From: Candidatus Thorarchaeota archaeon
Lineage (GTDB): Archaea; Asgardarchaeota; Thorarchaeia; Thorarchaeales; Thorarchaeaceae
Direction: 5' to 3'
DNA: 64,000 bases
Assembly: GCA_048884965.1 (NCBI GenBank)
Contig: JBHLQH010000001.1
Location: 96,001-160,000 of the forward strand
Shown: positions 17,991 through 29,500 of the stretch, piece by piece
How the letters are laid out: each line of letters opens with the position of its first letter
Position numbering within the stretch: position 1 is the stretch's first letter
The notes under the pieces: model-generated
The model's input: the letters and a program-made list of their open reading frames with translations, nothing else
Told to the model about the DNA's origin: nothing
The model's database searches: none
Made by a program: the position numbers and the translations under genes

Positions 17991-20249
17991 CTATTTTCCA
18001 TCTAAAAAGGCAGGGAATATGAGGATGAAACACGAGCCTTCCTTGTAGTCACCAAGAATTCTATCTTCAACTGTGATGCTACCGCCAAAGAAATCAGTGA
18101 GTGCTTTCACAAGCGATAATCCCAGACCGCTTCCTTGAGCTCCCTTCATATAGCGTGTGAAAAGAGACTCTCTGACATTAGGATGAATTCCTGGACCATG
18201 ATCGGATATTCTCACTTGCCAGAAGATCACATCCTCCTCTTGTTTCTGTGATATCTCTATCTCAACGATTTCTCCTTTCGAATACTCGACTGCATTTAGC
18301 AGCAAGTTCTGGAAGATGTCTGGAAGCAAATCATTTGCAAGTATTTCGCACTTATCATAGGGCTGTTCTAATTTCATACTCATAGTTTGATTTGGAAATA
18401 TTCTTGTTATCATATCAAATGTAGAAGTAATGGTTTGAATAAGGTCATACGGTTTGAAATCACTCTTTGCTAGAACTTCCAGATTTCCCAGTTTACGGAC
18501 ATTTCTAACAAGTCTATCTGCTTCTAGTAAGGTTCGGTAAGCATCAGTTAGATTCTTTTCCTTTATGAAATCAGGTGTCGATTCCATTAATACCAATTCG
18601 ATTGTGTTCAGAATGATTTGGTGATGATTTGATATGTCATGTGCTAGTACATCTGCATATACTTTGGCTCTTGTTTCAGATTGCTGGGCTCTAAGTGACG
18701 ACTCTAGATACATGTAACCCAGTATACCGGGTGCGATAAACAAGCCCAACAGGATTACAGCTTCGCTCAACCACCAACCTATTGTCCAAGTCGCAAAATT
18801 ACCTTTAAGCAAACCAGGGATGAACCATATTGAGAGAAATGCCACTGATATGGAATCTAGAAGCAGCGATCCATGATTGACTTGGAATAGGATGAAAGAA
18901 AGAAGTACTAGCAGCATAATAGCTGTCAAGCAAAATACCAGCATTAATGCCCTTCCCAATGCTGTTGGATCCCATGTGGAACTTGATAGAATGTTGGAAC
19001 GAATTCCTACACCAATTGTCATCAGCGATCCTCCTACCAGTAAACCTAGTATGACCCATCTTCGTGGCTCATCAACTATTCTTGGAATTCTGGTTTCTTT
19101 CATCCAAACTACAGATAGAGCGATTGCTGGTATTGAGAGTAATGAAGCTGTGAGTTCGAAGACTAAGGATTCAATCTGTGATTGTGCTGATATGATTGTA
19201 TAGAATGCTTGAGCCACTCCCGTGATTGTCCATAATGAATACACGAAAATAATTGGGTATAGATATCTCTTCCCGCTCACGATTGCGTATTTCATAGTAA
19301 ATAATGTGATAGTGATTGACATGAACGTGGAACCGATTTGTGCCAACAGAGCCACTCCCACTTCATAGTATATGATATGTGGCCATCCCAATTCAACAAT
19401 CATCGTTAAGAAGAGTAAGCTGATGATAAATCCTGCAACACTATTAGTGAAAATTTCTCCAGATTTCGATTCTTCACTTTCATATCTTCTCAATAACGGT
19501 ATTGAGAAAGCAATATAGATGGTGAAAAATGCTACAATTTGGAAACAAATGGTTAGGATCCAAATTGAGGAGTCTGTCGCCATCGCTAGCCACGAAAACA
19601 CCACAGACAATGCTAGTAAGAACATAGCACCTACTACTCGTAGGGCTTTTACATATTCGAATAATCTATGACCTTTCAGGAAAAAGAAGCAAGTTGCACT
19701 CAGAAAGGCTATAGATCCTATTGCAAGAAGAGTTGCGATTAGTAGCAGAAGTTGCGAATCAAGCATTGGAAACACTTGCAATCTCGCTATTCCATGAATC
19801 GCCAATGCAGCCAGGAATGATATGACAGTAACCATGTTAGTGGTTCCTGTATTAGAATCCTCTGTCTTTCTGTATTCTACAAAGGATCCGATACTGAGGA
19901 AAATACCTAGAATGAGCACTTGTAGTATGTCCGAAGCTAGCACAAAGGATGTCTTTTGTAGGATTGGTGATATCCCCTCAAAATGCTTCTCAATAGCGCC
20001 TCCCATTTCAGTGAGGGCATAGTACCCAATCGCAAAGATAAACCAGAGAAATGAATTCTTTGGCGTATTCCTATATTGAAAGAAAAGAGCTGATAGACAC
20101 AGTCCCGCCAATACTGATGCTAGTGACTCGAAACCAACCGCTATAATAGGTCGAGTCCACAAAGGCAAGCTGATAGCGAACAAACTGAATGCAACTATGA
20201 TGCTAGTCGACATAAGCAGCGAGAATCGCTTGATGGTATTCCTTTTCAT
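17991..20249 (-). CDS. Multi-TM sensor histidine kinase
   Basis: About 14 TM segments; H-box HDISN, N-box NLLLNA, DHGPGI, GSGLGL. Confidence 0.9.
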   Translation of the reverse strand: MKRNTIKRFSLLMSTSIIVAFSLFAISLPLWTRPIIAVGFESLASVLAGLCLSALFFQYRNTPKNSFLWFIFAIGYYALTEMGGAIEKHFEGISPILQKTSFVLASDILQVLILGIFLSIGSFVEYRKTEDSNTGTTNMVTVISFLAALAIHGIARLQVFPMLDSQLLLLIATLLAIGSIAFLSATCFFFLKGHRLFEYVKALRVVGAMFLLALSVVFSWLAMATDSSIWILTICFQIVAFFTIYIAFSIPLLRRYESEESKSGEIFTNSVAGFIISLLFLTMIVELGWPHIIYYEVGVALLAQIGSTFMSITITLFTMKYAIVSGKRYLYPIIFVYSLWTITGVAQAFYTIISAQSQIESLVFELTASLLSIPAIALSVVWMKETRIPRIVDEPRRWVILGLLVGGSLMTIGVGIRSNILSSSTWDPTALGRALMLVFCLTAIMLLVLLSFILFQVNHGSLLLDSISVAFLSIWFIPGLLKGNFATWTIGWWLSEAVILLGLFIAPGILGYMYLESSLRAQQSETRAKVYADVLAHDISNHHQIILNTIELVLMESTPDFIKEKNLTDAYRTLLEADRLVRNVRKLGNLEVLAKSDFKPYDLIQTITSTFDMITRIFPNQTMSMKLEQPYDKCEILANDLLPDIFQNLLLNAVEYSKGEIVEIEISQKQEEDVIFWQVRISDHGPGIHPNVRESLFTRYMKGAQGSGLGLSLVKALTDFFGGSITVEDRILGDYKEGSCFILIFPAFLDGK

Positions 20250-20502
20250 AGCTGATTAATGTTCATTACAATCCTCTAAAAAAAGAGTATTAGGATATCA
20301 TATGATTAGGTTTGATATCGCATACTCGAATAGCTTTCATAATTTGAGAAAATGTGAATGATGTCCTGATTAATGAGTTGATTCAAATCGATTTTGTAGT
20401 TGTATCAGAAGGAGTTATTCTACACTATTGGTTTTCTACTAGTTACTCTAATAAGAATTCAATGTGACTCCATTATGGTTTCAGAAAATGGAGTGATATC
20501 CT

Positions 20503-22500
20503 GTGATGGCTGCTGACATTCCACCAGAATTTGCACATCTGCGGGATAGTGAATCGATTCCATGGGATAAGCTGGTTGTAGATGCAAACAAGCTCATAAA
20601 GAAAGGGATGCAGGAATTTGAAGCTTTTACTGACATAGTGATTGATGTTGCCAAGAAGGAACAGAAGAAGAAGAATCCCAACTTGGATATTATGACGATT
20701 GGAATCGAAGCATGTATTGCTCGTGGAAGATTTGATGAAGGTGTTGCTTTTACGAATGGCCTCCGTGCCTTTAGGATTCTCACTCTTAGGGCAATCGCAC
20801 TATTCACGATTTCTGATGCTAGTAAGATAAAAGATATTCAAGAGCAAGTCGAGTTATTGGCTGGTGACAATCCATCGCTACTTGATCAAGTCCGACTTCT
20901 CTCGGTTCGAATATTATATGGTGCGTCTGCACAGGACGAAAGTGTACTCGCTCATATAATCGAGTTTGACAATCTACTAGAAAAGCACACAGAGCTTATG
21001 CAAAATCCAATCCCTGAAACTCTGTTTACGATTTATGTAATAGGTGTCCTGTTTTCTCAGGTCGGGGAAAATGAACGCGCATTGAAGACTGCGTTTGCCT
21101 TGGAACGAATCGGACACGTGACAAATAGACAGACCGTGTTGATTCTCAGCGAGAACTTGAGAGGTCGAATCTGTAATCGTCTGGGGGAGTTTCAAGAAGC
21201 AGAAATCCACTATAGGCATGTTCTTCAAATTAGCAAGTCCTTGGGACATAGACTTGGCCTTGGAATCGCACTGAATAATCTTGGATCACTGATGTTGAAT
21301 TCACTTCGTCTAGAGGAGGCTTTTGAATACCTGCAGCAAGCAAATGAACTCTTGGAGTCTGATGCTCACAGGATAGTATTTCTAACCAACTTGGGCGAAA
21401 TCACAGCTCTACTTGGCGAGTTGGAAAGAAGCAAGGAGTATATGCAGCAGGCATTAGCATTGGATCAGAGAACAAGCATTGGCATAATCGAGCCTTATAC
21501 ATGGATGGTCATTCTACTGACACGAACTAGGGAATTTCAAAGTGCATCACACTACTTGGCATCAGCAAAGAAAATCGCGGACCGTTCAAAAACTCCGAAA
21601 GATAAAGCGGCGTACTATCATGCAAAAGGAGTGCTTGAAGGCTCCGAAGAAACTACGGTGAAAGCCATAAAATCACTAACCAATGCCCTAAAGATTGCAA
21701 AGGAGAATAGACTTCTTGAATGGCTAATTCGTCCATTGCTAGATATTGTACGAACATATCTCTCCGCATTCAAGAGTAAGGAAGAAGAAGAATATCTAGA
21801 TAAAGCAGCATATCATCTTGAGGACCTCATTCAGATAGCAAGAGAGCAAAAGCTCCACTCACTCAATGCTGAAGCACTTCTACTAAGAAGCGAAATTCGA
21901 GCTCATGCGGGTAGAATAGACGAAGCCAAAGAAGACTTGGACCGTGTTGCTGGATTAGCGTCATTCCTAGATAATTCTCGATTGGAATCAATAGTCGCAG
22001 AGCGAATCAAGGCGCTTTCAAAGCAGAGTGTAGCCACAGTTCCATTAGGATATTCAGAGATCGACAAAGCAATGGACCGTGTTGCTGGATTCCATCCTGC
22101 AAGGGACCATGAAGAGGTTCCTACTCCTCAGATCCATGTTTTAATAGCTATGAATAGAGCATCTGGTCTTCCCGAATACGTTCATCACTTTGATGATTCT
22201 CTAGAAATGGATAGCTCTATCCTCAGTGGGTTCATCACAGCAATCACGCAATTCGCAGGTGAGATGATGGGTAGTGGACTAATTCGTTCCATAAATCAAG
22301 AGGGCTTCACATTGATGATGGAACATACCTCAAATCGGATCGTTACACTCATTGTGAGCAAAGAAACCTTTGATGTAAGGTTCAAACTGAATGACTTCGC
22401 GAATCAGTTCGAGGAAACTTTTCCAGCAAGCAAGGATTCCATCGTTACTAGTGAGTATCAAGCAGCGGGTGAACTAGTCTCAGCCATTTTTGGCTCTTAA
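20503..22500 (+). CDS. TPR (MalT-like) protein with C-terminal longin-like domain
   Basis: ALNNLG/LTNLG repeats; C-terminal SGLP..V / DSSILSGFITAI.QF..EM / IRSI / IVTLIV. Confidence 0.8.
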   Translation: MMAADIPPEFAHLRDSESIPWDKLVVDANKLIKKGMQEFEAFTDIVIDVAKKEQKKKNPNLDIMTIGIEACIARGRFDEGVAFTNGLRAFRILTLRAIALFTISDASKIKDIQEQVELLAGDNPSLLDQVRLLSVRILYGASAQDESVLAHIIEFDNLLEKHTELMQNPIPETLFTIYVIGVLFSQVGENERALKTAFALERIGHVTNRQTVLILSENLRGRICNRLGEFQEAEIHYRHVLQISKSLGHRLGLGIALNNLGSLMLNSLRLEEAFEYLQQANELLESDAHRIVFLTNLGEITALLGELERSKEYMQQALALDQRTSIGIIEPYTWMVILLTRTREFQSASHYLASAKKIADRSKTPKDKAAYYHAKGVLEGSEETTVKAIKSLTNALKIAKENRLLEWLIRPLLDIVRTYLSAFKSKEEEEYLDKAAYHLEDLIQIAREQKLHSLNAEALLLRSEIRAHAGRIDEAKEDLDRVAGLASFLDNSRLESIVAERIKALSKQSVATVPLGYSEIDKAMDRVAGFHPARDHEEVPTPQIHVLIAMNRASGLPEYVHHFDDSLEMDSSILSGFITAITQFAGEMMGSGLIRSINQEGFTLMMEHTSNRIVTLIVSKETFDVRFKLNDFANQFEETFPASKDSIVTSEYQAAGELVSAIFGS

Positions 22501-22512
22501 GGTCCAATCGAA

Positions 22513-23904
22513 TTATAGTCTACCATGGGACTTTCTTTTCAGGAATTTTCCATGTCCTACCTCGCCAACGAATTTACCTTCCTTAGCAACAACTTTTCCT
22601 CTTGAGATAGTCACATATGGATAGCCTTTCAACTTCCATCCTTCAAAAGGACTCCAGTCACAATTTGTCTGAAGGTCTGATGCATGAATCGTTACATCCC
22701 TGTTCGGTTCAAATACCAAGATGTCCGCATCGCTGCCGATCTCGATTGCACCTTTCTCTGGATACATTCCAAAGAGCTTCGCGGGATTCGTACTTACTAA
22801 GGCCACAAATTGATTCAGTGAGAGACCTCGTTTTCCAACTCCCTCGGTATACATGAGTGGTACCATGGTTTCCACTCCTGGCATCCCAAACGGTATCTTC
22901 CGGAAATCTCCGCCCCAAGCAGCTTTTTGCTTTGTGGTGAATGTACACGTATCAGTTGCTATGATCTCTACATCTCCTTCCACAAGGCCCTTCCATAGCC
23001 TTTCGCTGTCATGTGGTTTTTTGATTTGTGGGCAGGTTGCGAAAAGATGTCCGTTCTCGCCTTTGAACACTTCATCGTCTAGCAGTAGGTATTGTGGACA
23101 GGTTTCTGCATGCACATTCACTCCTCGTTCCTTCCCTGCACGGACCGCATCTGCGCCTTCTCCCGTTGACATATGAACAATGTAGAGTTTCCCGCCAGTT
23201 GCTTCAGCCCATTTGATGGCTCTGATGATTGCTTCCTCTTCAGTATAGCATGGACGTGATAGAGTGTGACCGTATGCTCCCCACTTCTCCTTATCCTTTG
23301 CATATCTCTCAATGAGCATATCAAGGATATCGACGCTCTCAGCATGAACTCCTATATGTCCTCCGTGCTTTAGCGTTTCCTCAAGTGCTTGGAAAAGCAT
23401 GCCATCATCTGCCATCCAACCTTCGTTCTTATAGATCATAAACATCTTGAAGGTCGGGATGCCATAATCGATGATCTCTTTGATCTCAGATTGAGTCTTG
23501 TCATTCCAATCAGTGATTGCTGCATGTAGTCCATAATCTATGCATACTTTTGAGTCAGCTTCAGCTCTTCTGGCCTCTACTGCATCCATAATGCCCTTCC
23601 CTTTTTGTTGAATCGCAAAATCCAAGATTGTCGTAACGCCTCCGCATGCTGCAGCCTTCGTTCCGTTCTCGAAATCATCTGCAGACACAGTACCTGAGAA
23701 AGGAAGCTGGAAATGCACGTGTACATCAATTCCGCCTGGGAATACGTACATCCCATCAGCATCAACGATTTCTGTCCGTGAGCTTCCTTCCAAACTAGCT
23801 GCAATCGCAGCAATTTTCCCATCCTTTACGCCAATATCAACATTCGATGAATCAATGGCTGTAACGACATTTCCGTTTTTCACAATTAGATCAAAATCTG
23901 TCAC
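22513..23904 (-). CDS. hydA: Dihydropyrimidinase
   Basis: PGGIDVHVH, AAACGGVTT, FKMFM, VHAE, ETCPQYL, GMPGVE, STNPAK. Confidence 0.9.
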   Translation of the reverse strand: MTDFDLIVKNGNVVTAIDSSNVDIGVKDGKIAAIAASLEGSSRTEIVDADGMYVFPGGIDVHVHFQLPFSGTVSADDFENGTKAAACGGVTTILDFAIQQKGKGIMDAVEARRAEADSKVCIDYGLHAAITDWNDKTQSEIKEIIDYGIPTFKMFMIYKNEGWMADDGMLFQALEETLKHGGHIGVHAESVDILDMLIERYAKDKEKWGAYGHTLSRPCYTEEEAIIRAIKWAEATGGKLYIVHMSTGEGADAVRAGKERGVNVHAETCPQYLLLDDEVFKGENGHLFATCPQIKKPHDSERLWKGLVEGDVEIIATDTCTFTTKQKAAWGGDFRKIPFGMPGVETMVPLMYTEGVGKRGLSLNQFVALVSTNPAKLFGMYPEKGAIEIGSDADILVFEPNRDVTIHASDLQTNCDWSPFEGWKLKGYPYVTISRGKVVAKEGKFVGEVGHGKFLKRKSHGRL

Positions 23905-24062
23905 AGCTTTCTACCTCCGATCAGACAAGACAACTCCTAAACGTTGGTATCGGGCAAATAAATCGCTTTGGGCTCATGGTTTTCCTAGGGAAATTGGAAT
24001 TCGTAAGATGTATTAGATGAGAAAGCAACATTGAGCAATACGACTTCCATGGAGTAGAAAGG

Positions 24063-24929
24063 ATGCGAAATGTAAGAATAGGTCTCGTTCAAGCGAAATG
24101 GGAAGGAGATGTTGATAGTGAGACCGTCATTGAACAGAATATTGAGCGTATGATACGGAAACACGAGGGGTTCGCTATGATGGCAGAACAGCAGCATGTG
24201 CAGATTCTATGTTTCCAAGAGTTATTCTATGGACCCTACTTCTGTGCAGAGCAGGATCGACGCTGGTACAAGTATGCAGAGCCCATTCCCGGACCATTGA
24301 CTGAGCGTATGAGTAGACTTGCGAAGAAGCACAAGCTCGTTCTCATAGCACCCATGTATGAGGAGGAATCCGTTGGTGTCTACTATAACACAGCAGTCAT
24401 CTTCAACCCTGAAGGGGAGATGCTGGGTAAATTCAGGAAGATGCACATTCCTCATCTTGATCCTGGATTTTGGGAGAAGTTCTACTTCCGACCTGGCAAT
24501 CTTGGATATCCAGTCTTTGACACTCCCTTCGGTAAAGTGGGAATCTACATCTGTTACGATAGACACTTTCCTGAAGGCGCTCGGGCATTAGGCATCAACG
24601 GAGCTGAGATCGTCTTCAATCCTTCTGCCACGGTTGCAGGCCTTTCAGAGCATCTCTGGAAGATTGAACAACCTGCGCATGCCGTTGCAAATGGCTACTT
24701 CATAGCCGCAATCAATCGGGTAGGCGAAGAGCCATGGAGTACAGGCATGTTCTATGGAAGTTCATATGTTGCTGATCCTAGGGGGCAGATCGTAAAACAG
24801 GGGTCTCGTGATAATGAGGAGCTTGTTGTTGTCGATATAGACCTTGATCTAATTAGAGAAGTACGGAATACTTGGCAGTTCTTTCGTGATCGTCGACCTG
24901 ACTCTTATGCAGACCTAACGAAGAGTTGA
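24063..24929 (+). CDS. Beta-ureidopropionase (nitrilase family)
   Basis: Catalytic triad QELF / RKMHIP / ICYDRHFPE; FWEKFYF; FFRDRRP; pyrimidine-catabolism context. Confidence 0.9.
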   Translation: MRNVRIGLVQAKWEGDVDSETVIEQNIERMIRKHEGFAMMAEQQHVQILCFQELFYGPYFCAEQDRRWYKYAEPIPGPLTERMSRLAKKHKLVLIAPMYEEESVGVYYNTAVIFNPEGEMLGKFRKMHIPHLDPGFWEKFYFRPGNLGYPVFDTPFGKVGIYICYDRHFPEGARALGINGAEIVFNPSATVAGLSEHLWKIEQPAHAVANGYFIAAINRVGEEPWSTGMFYGSSYVADPRGQIVKQGSRDNEELVVVDIDLDLIREVRNTWQFFRDRRPDSYADLTKS

Positions 24930-24937
24930 GAGAGCCT

Positions 24938-26278
24938 CTAGAGGCTCTTCTCGACTTCCGTGAACGATTCATCCAATATATTGCAAGCTCTATCGATCTG
25001 TTCCATTGTTAGCTCTAGTGGTGGTTGAATTCGGATGACATTGTTATCGAGACCTCCTTTTCCGATGAGCAGGCCCCTTTCTTTGGTCAGCTCCATGATT
25101 CGGAGTATTTCTTGAAACGCTGGTTCCTTTGTCGTTCTATCTTTAACAAGTTCAATACCTATCATCATCCCTTGACCACGAACATCTCCCATAATCCTGT
25201 GCTTCTCTTGAAGTTCTTTCAAGTTCCTCTTTAGATATGCTCCATGCTTCTCGGCTCTTTCAAGGTAGTTGTTCTCCTCGATGATTTCGAGCACAGCAAC
25301 AGCTCCCGCGCATGAGAGTGGATTCCCACCAAATGTCGCAAAACCATCTATCATCATGTAATCCTTGGCAATCTCCGGTCTGGTCAAGAAGCCTCCTATT
25401 GGTAGTCCACTTCCAAATCCTTTTGCCATGGTTATGATATCTGGTTCCACTCCAGTGTGCTGAATGCCCCACCATTTTCCTCCCGTTCTTCCAAAACCTG
25501 TCTGGACCTCATCGGATATGTAAAGGCCTCCATACTCTTTGACAATCTCGTGAACTATTTGGAAGTACTCTTTAGGCGGTTGGATGATTCCTCCAACGCC
25601 TTGGATTGGTTCTGCAATGAATGCCGCTATTGCATTGTTCGTTTGGGTTCTGATGACTTCCTTGAGATATCGCGCGCATTCGAAATCACATTCTGGGTAC
25701 TCTTTTCCGAATTGGCAGCGATAGCAATGTCCATAGGATGTAAAACGGACACCTGATGGATGTGGCTCTGCTACGGATCTCCACCCCGAGGTAGAGATCT
25801 CTCTTGTTAGCGTTGTGCGGCCATGATATGCCCGAGAGCACGCGACTATGTACGGGCTGTTGGTATATTTCCTAGCCATAAACAAAGCAGCTTCATTTGC
25901 TTCTGATCCACTATTGACGATATATGCCTGAGAAAGTCCTCTCGGAGCAACTTGTGCCAGTTTCTTTGCTAGGACAGGATAGGGAGTCGTAGAATATAGA
26001 GTACTAGTATAGATTAGTCTCTCAGCTTGCCATTTCAAGGTAGCTACAAGCTTTGGATGTGCATATCCAGAAATTGTTGTGCAAATCCCTGCAAAGAGGT
26101 CGATGTATTCCTTCTCATTGCTATCTTTCAGAATTGCTCCATCTCCAGAGACAAAGAGAATCGGGTCTTTGTAGTAATGTCCGACCGTGGGAACAATATG
26201 TTTCTTTTCAGTTTCCAGTATCTCTTCTCTACTATATGCTTTCTTCAGGCTCTTGGGAACAAGTTCGTCATTCATCAT
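24938..26278 (-). CDS. Class III PLP aminotransferase (beta-alanine:pyruvate / AGXT2-like)
   Basis: SGSEANE, YHGRT, DEVQTGFGRTG, MAKG; cluster context. Confidence 0.85.
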   Translation of the reverse strand: MMNDELVPKSLKKAYSREEILETEKKHIVPTVGHYYKDPILFVSGDGAILKDSNEKEYIDLFAGICTTISGYAHPKLVATLKWQAERLIYTSTLYSTTPYPVLAKKLAQVAPRGLSQAYIVNSGSEANEAALFMARKYTNSPYIVACSRAYHGRTTLTREISTSGWRSVAEPHPSGVRFTSYGHCYRCQFGKEYPECDFECARYLKEVIRTQTNNAIAAFIAEPIQGVGGIIQPPKEYFQIVHEIVKEYGGLYISDEVQTGFGRTGGKWWGIQHTGVEPDIITMAKGFGSGLPIGGFLTRPEIAKDYMMIDGFATFGGNPLSCAGAVAVLEIIEENNYLERAEKHGAYLKRNLKELQEKHRIMGDVRGQGMMIGIELVKDRTTKEPAFQEILRIMELTKERGLLIGKGGLDNNVIRIQPPLELTMEQIDRACNILDESFTEVEKSL

Positions 26279-26512
26279 TCGTCACCAATTCGTATCATCG
26301 GGAAAGAATCCTATAGTCACACCTACTAATGACTTTATCAGTCTGAATAACACAATGTTGTTTTTCATTAGCTCGATTAATGACATAGTTACAAATCAAA
26401 ATTAATTGAAATTAATATGTTCCATTGAGAAACTAATAAAAAGGAACATTACTTCGACTGGTTACATTCGAAAACCACCAAAACTCTTGGATTTTCATTC
26501 ATTTAACTCTGA

Positions 26513-29500
26513 ATGGGGACTTCATCAATGCTACGAAAACTACTAACCGTCTTACTTCTGTTCACGCTTGTCCTTTCGATGTTCAATAACTTGTCTTATC
26601 CAATTGGTGATGTAGATTCACCTATGAGTACAGACAAAACCGCAATCAATGCTCTCGAAAGGGGAACCTATGATACGGCGAATGCGTATCCAGAACCTAT
26701 GGACATTTCAGGAAACACATATTCTGATCACGCTCCCATTACGATTACTAGTAACAGTGAGTTTCTATCTCAGAAAACGACTGAATCTTGGAATGGGACT
26801 GGAGTTGAAGGTGATCCAATCGAGATCACTGGATATAATTTCACATCAACATCGGGAAATCTGATTTCTATCAGCAATACTGATTTGCATTTCACAATAT
26901 TAGGGAATTTCTTTAGAGTCCCCACAGAGAACCATAATGGAATCTACCTAAGCAATGTGACGAATGGAAATATTACAGATAATTACTTTGACAAGGCTGA
27001 CTTTGGTATCTATTTGGATGATGCAAACTTCACCACTATTACTGGAAATCACTTCACCTCTTTCGCAGGAGCATATGTCACTTCAGGTAGAAACAATAGT
27101 ATCTCTCGTAATTACTTCAATACAACCGACACGTCTGTAATGCTCTATAGTTCGTCCACATACAACAACACCATTTACAACAATACTCTCCTTGGATCCA
27201 CCTATGGTATTTACTTGTATGGCGCTTTGGAGAATGTAGTTACTCTGAATAACATCACTCAAACTTCGCTTTGCGGCATTTATCTTGTACAAACTACAGC
27301 TGCTTACAATGTTATCTCAGATAATATCATTCATGATTTAGTAGGCTCTGGAATAACTGGTATCTTTGTTTCTTCATATGCTCACAACAACACGATCAAT
27401 TTGAACAATATCTCAAATGTAACTCTAAGTGTACGTTTATCGTATTCGGATAACAATACGATATCTAAGAATCAGATCACAAATACGACTCAAGCAATAT
27501 CCGTTGAGTCTTCTCAATGGAATGAAGTTTATCTGAATAATATCTCTGACGTATCTGATGGATTTGATGGAGCATTCTCGCTTTATGTTTACAAGGGTGG
27601 AAACAATACGCTTCATCACAACAATATTAGCGACACAGACAATGCTGTTTTCATCTACCAGTCTGGACAGAATGACTTTCATCAAAACAACATCTATGAA
27701 GTTCGAGCCTTTGGATTTAATATGATGACCGGAGTGCTCAACACGATTTCCGATAATGAGATATCAAATGGAACCACTGCTTTTTACCTACAATCATCAT
27801 CAACGAGCAACATGTTCAGTCGAAACATTCTCCAATTCCAAAACCAAGGCATTCAGCTTCAAACTACTTCACATTACAACTCATTCTATGAGAATACAAT
27901 TTTGAATGCAACGAACTATGGGATTACTTCCACTACCTCTTCCTATCTCACTATCTATAATAATACAATTACCAACAGTGGGCTCAGAGGCGTAAATATC
28001 GGACCTTCTTCCTATCATGTGATTGCATTCAATGAATTAACAAATAATGGACAATATGGAATCTATCTCGATACCGGGCTTGGTAGTCAGATCTATAATA
28101 ACACCGTTCGATACCACACTACAACAGGAGCCTATCTAATTAGCACAAACCAGCATAATGTTTCATACAATACATTTGCCAATAGCACGATAGGGCTGGC
28201 TCTGGTGCTATCCAGTCCCGGCTATACTATTGGCAACATCTTTGCCAACAATAGTGACACTGGTCTTCTCCTGTCTGCATCGAATGGGATTCCAGTCTCA
28301 GATAATCTGTTTTATCACAATGGTGTCTATGGCATTAGATTATCTAATTCATATGGAACTCCAATCGAAAACAATACAATTCACTCAGGTATACAACATG
28401 GGATTGCTATTGAAACAGGAAGCGATTTGACATTCATTAAAAACAATGATATCTTACACAACGGAATGTACGGAATTTGGGTTAGGTTTGGACCTAATAC
28501 TATCCGGTTGAATAATATCTCTGGCAATGGTGTTGGAGTCTATATTGATACTGCAACCTCTAACTCCATAGAAAGCAACTTCATCGATAGCAACACTGAT
28601 GGAGTACGGCTTGTAGACTCCGACGATAACACTATCCTACTCAACATGATTTACAATAACTCACAATACGGAATCTATAGTGAGAGCGGTTTCCCACAAG
28701 AAAGCACTGGAAATCACATCTATAACAATACGGTAATCTCCAATGGTGGGTATGGTGTATGGCTATATGCGACAGCTCGTACTACAGAAGTCAAATGGAA
28801 CGATTTTATCAACAATACAGTTAATGCTGCTGATTCAAATCCCTCCTCATATCTCAATGTCTGGGATGAGAACTTCTACGACGATTGGGATCATGTACTT
28901 AGCTACTATGTCATCGGAGTAACCACCAACGATTATAATCCCGCAGATTTGCCACTCAATCCATCAAGAGTCCATTTCATGCTAGCTCCATCTATTACCT
29001 CCCCTGTTACTGGCAGCGATTATACAGGTGATCTCACAATCTTATGGAACGCCGCATATGACTCAGATGAGCATGCAGTTTCATATGCACTCCTCTATAG
29101 CAATGACAGTGGGAGTACCTGGAATCCAATTGTGAGTGGATTGACCAACACAAGTTTCTATTGGAATGCAACTTCTTTGGCTGAAGGAACTGAGTATCAA
29201 GTAAGATTGATTGCGTCGGACACTACTAATACAACTTTGACTAGCGATACAGGTGCCTTTAGCATTGATACACAAGCTCCTAGATTAGGTGTTGTGCCAT
29301 CCAACTTCACAGTTGAGCTAAGTTGGGACCCAATACCAGTACTCAATTTCTCAGCATACGATTCAAATCCAGATTGGGCACATGTTCAGTGGTTGGGCTA
29401 TGAGGTGAGCGAACCTGTCTATTGGTCAAATGGTACTCTTGAATATCTCAATTTCCCGGAGGCGAGTGTTATCTATGGAGTTGGTGTCCATGTTCTCTAC

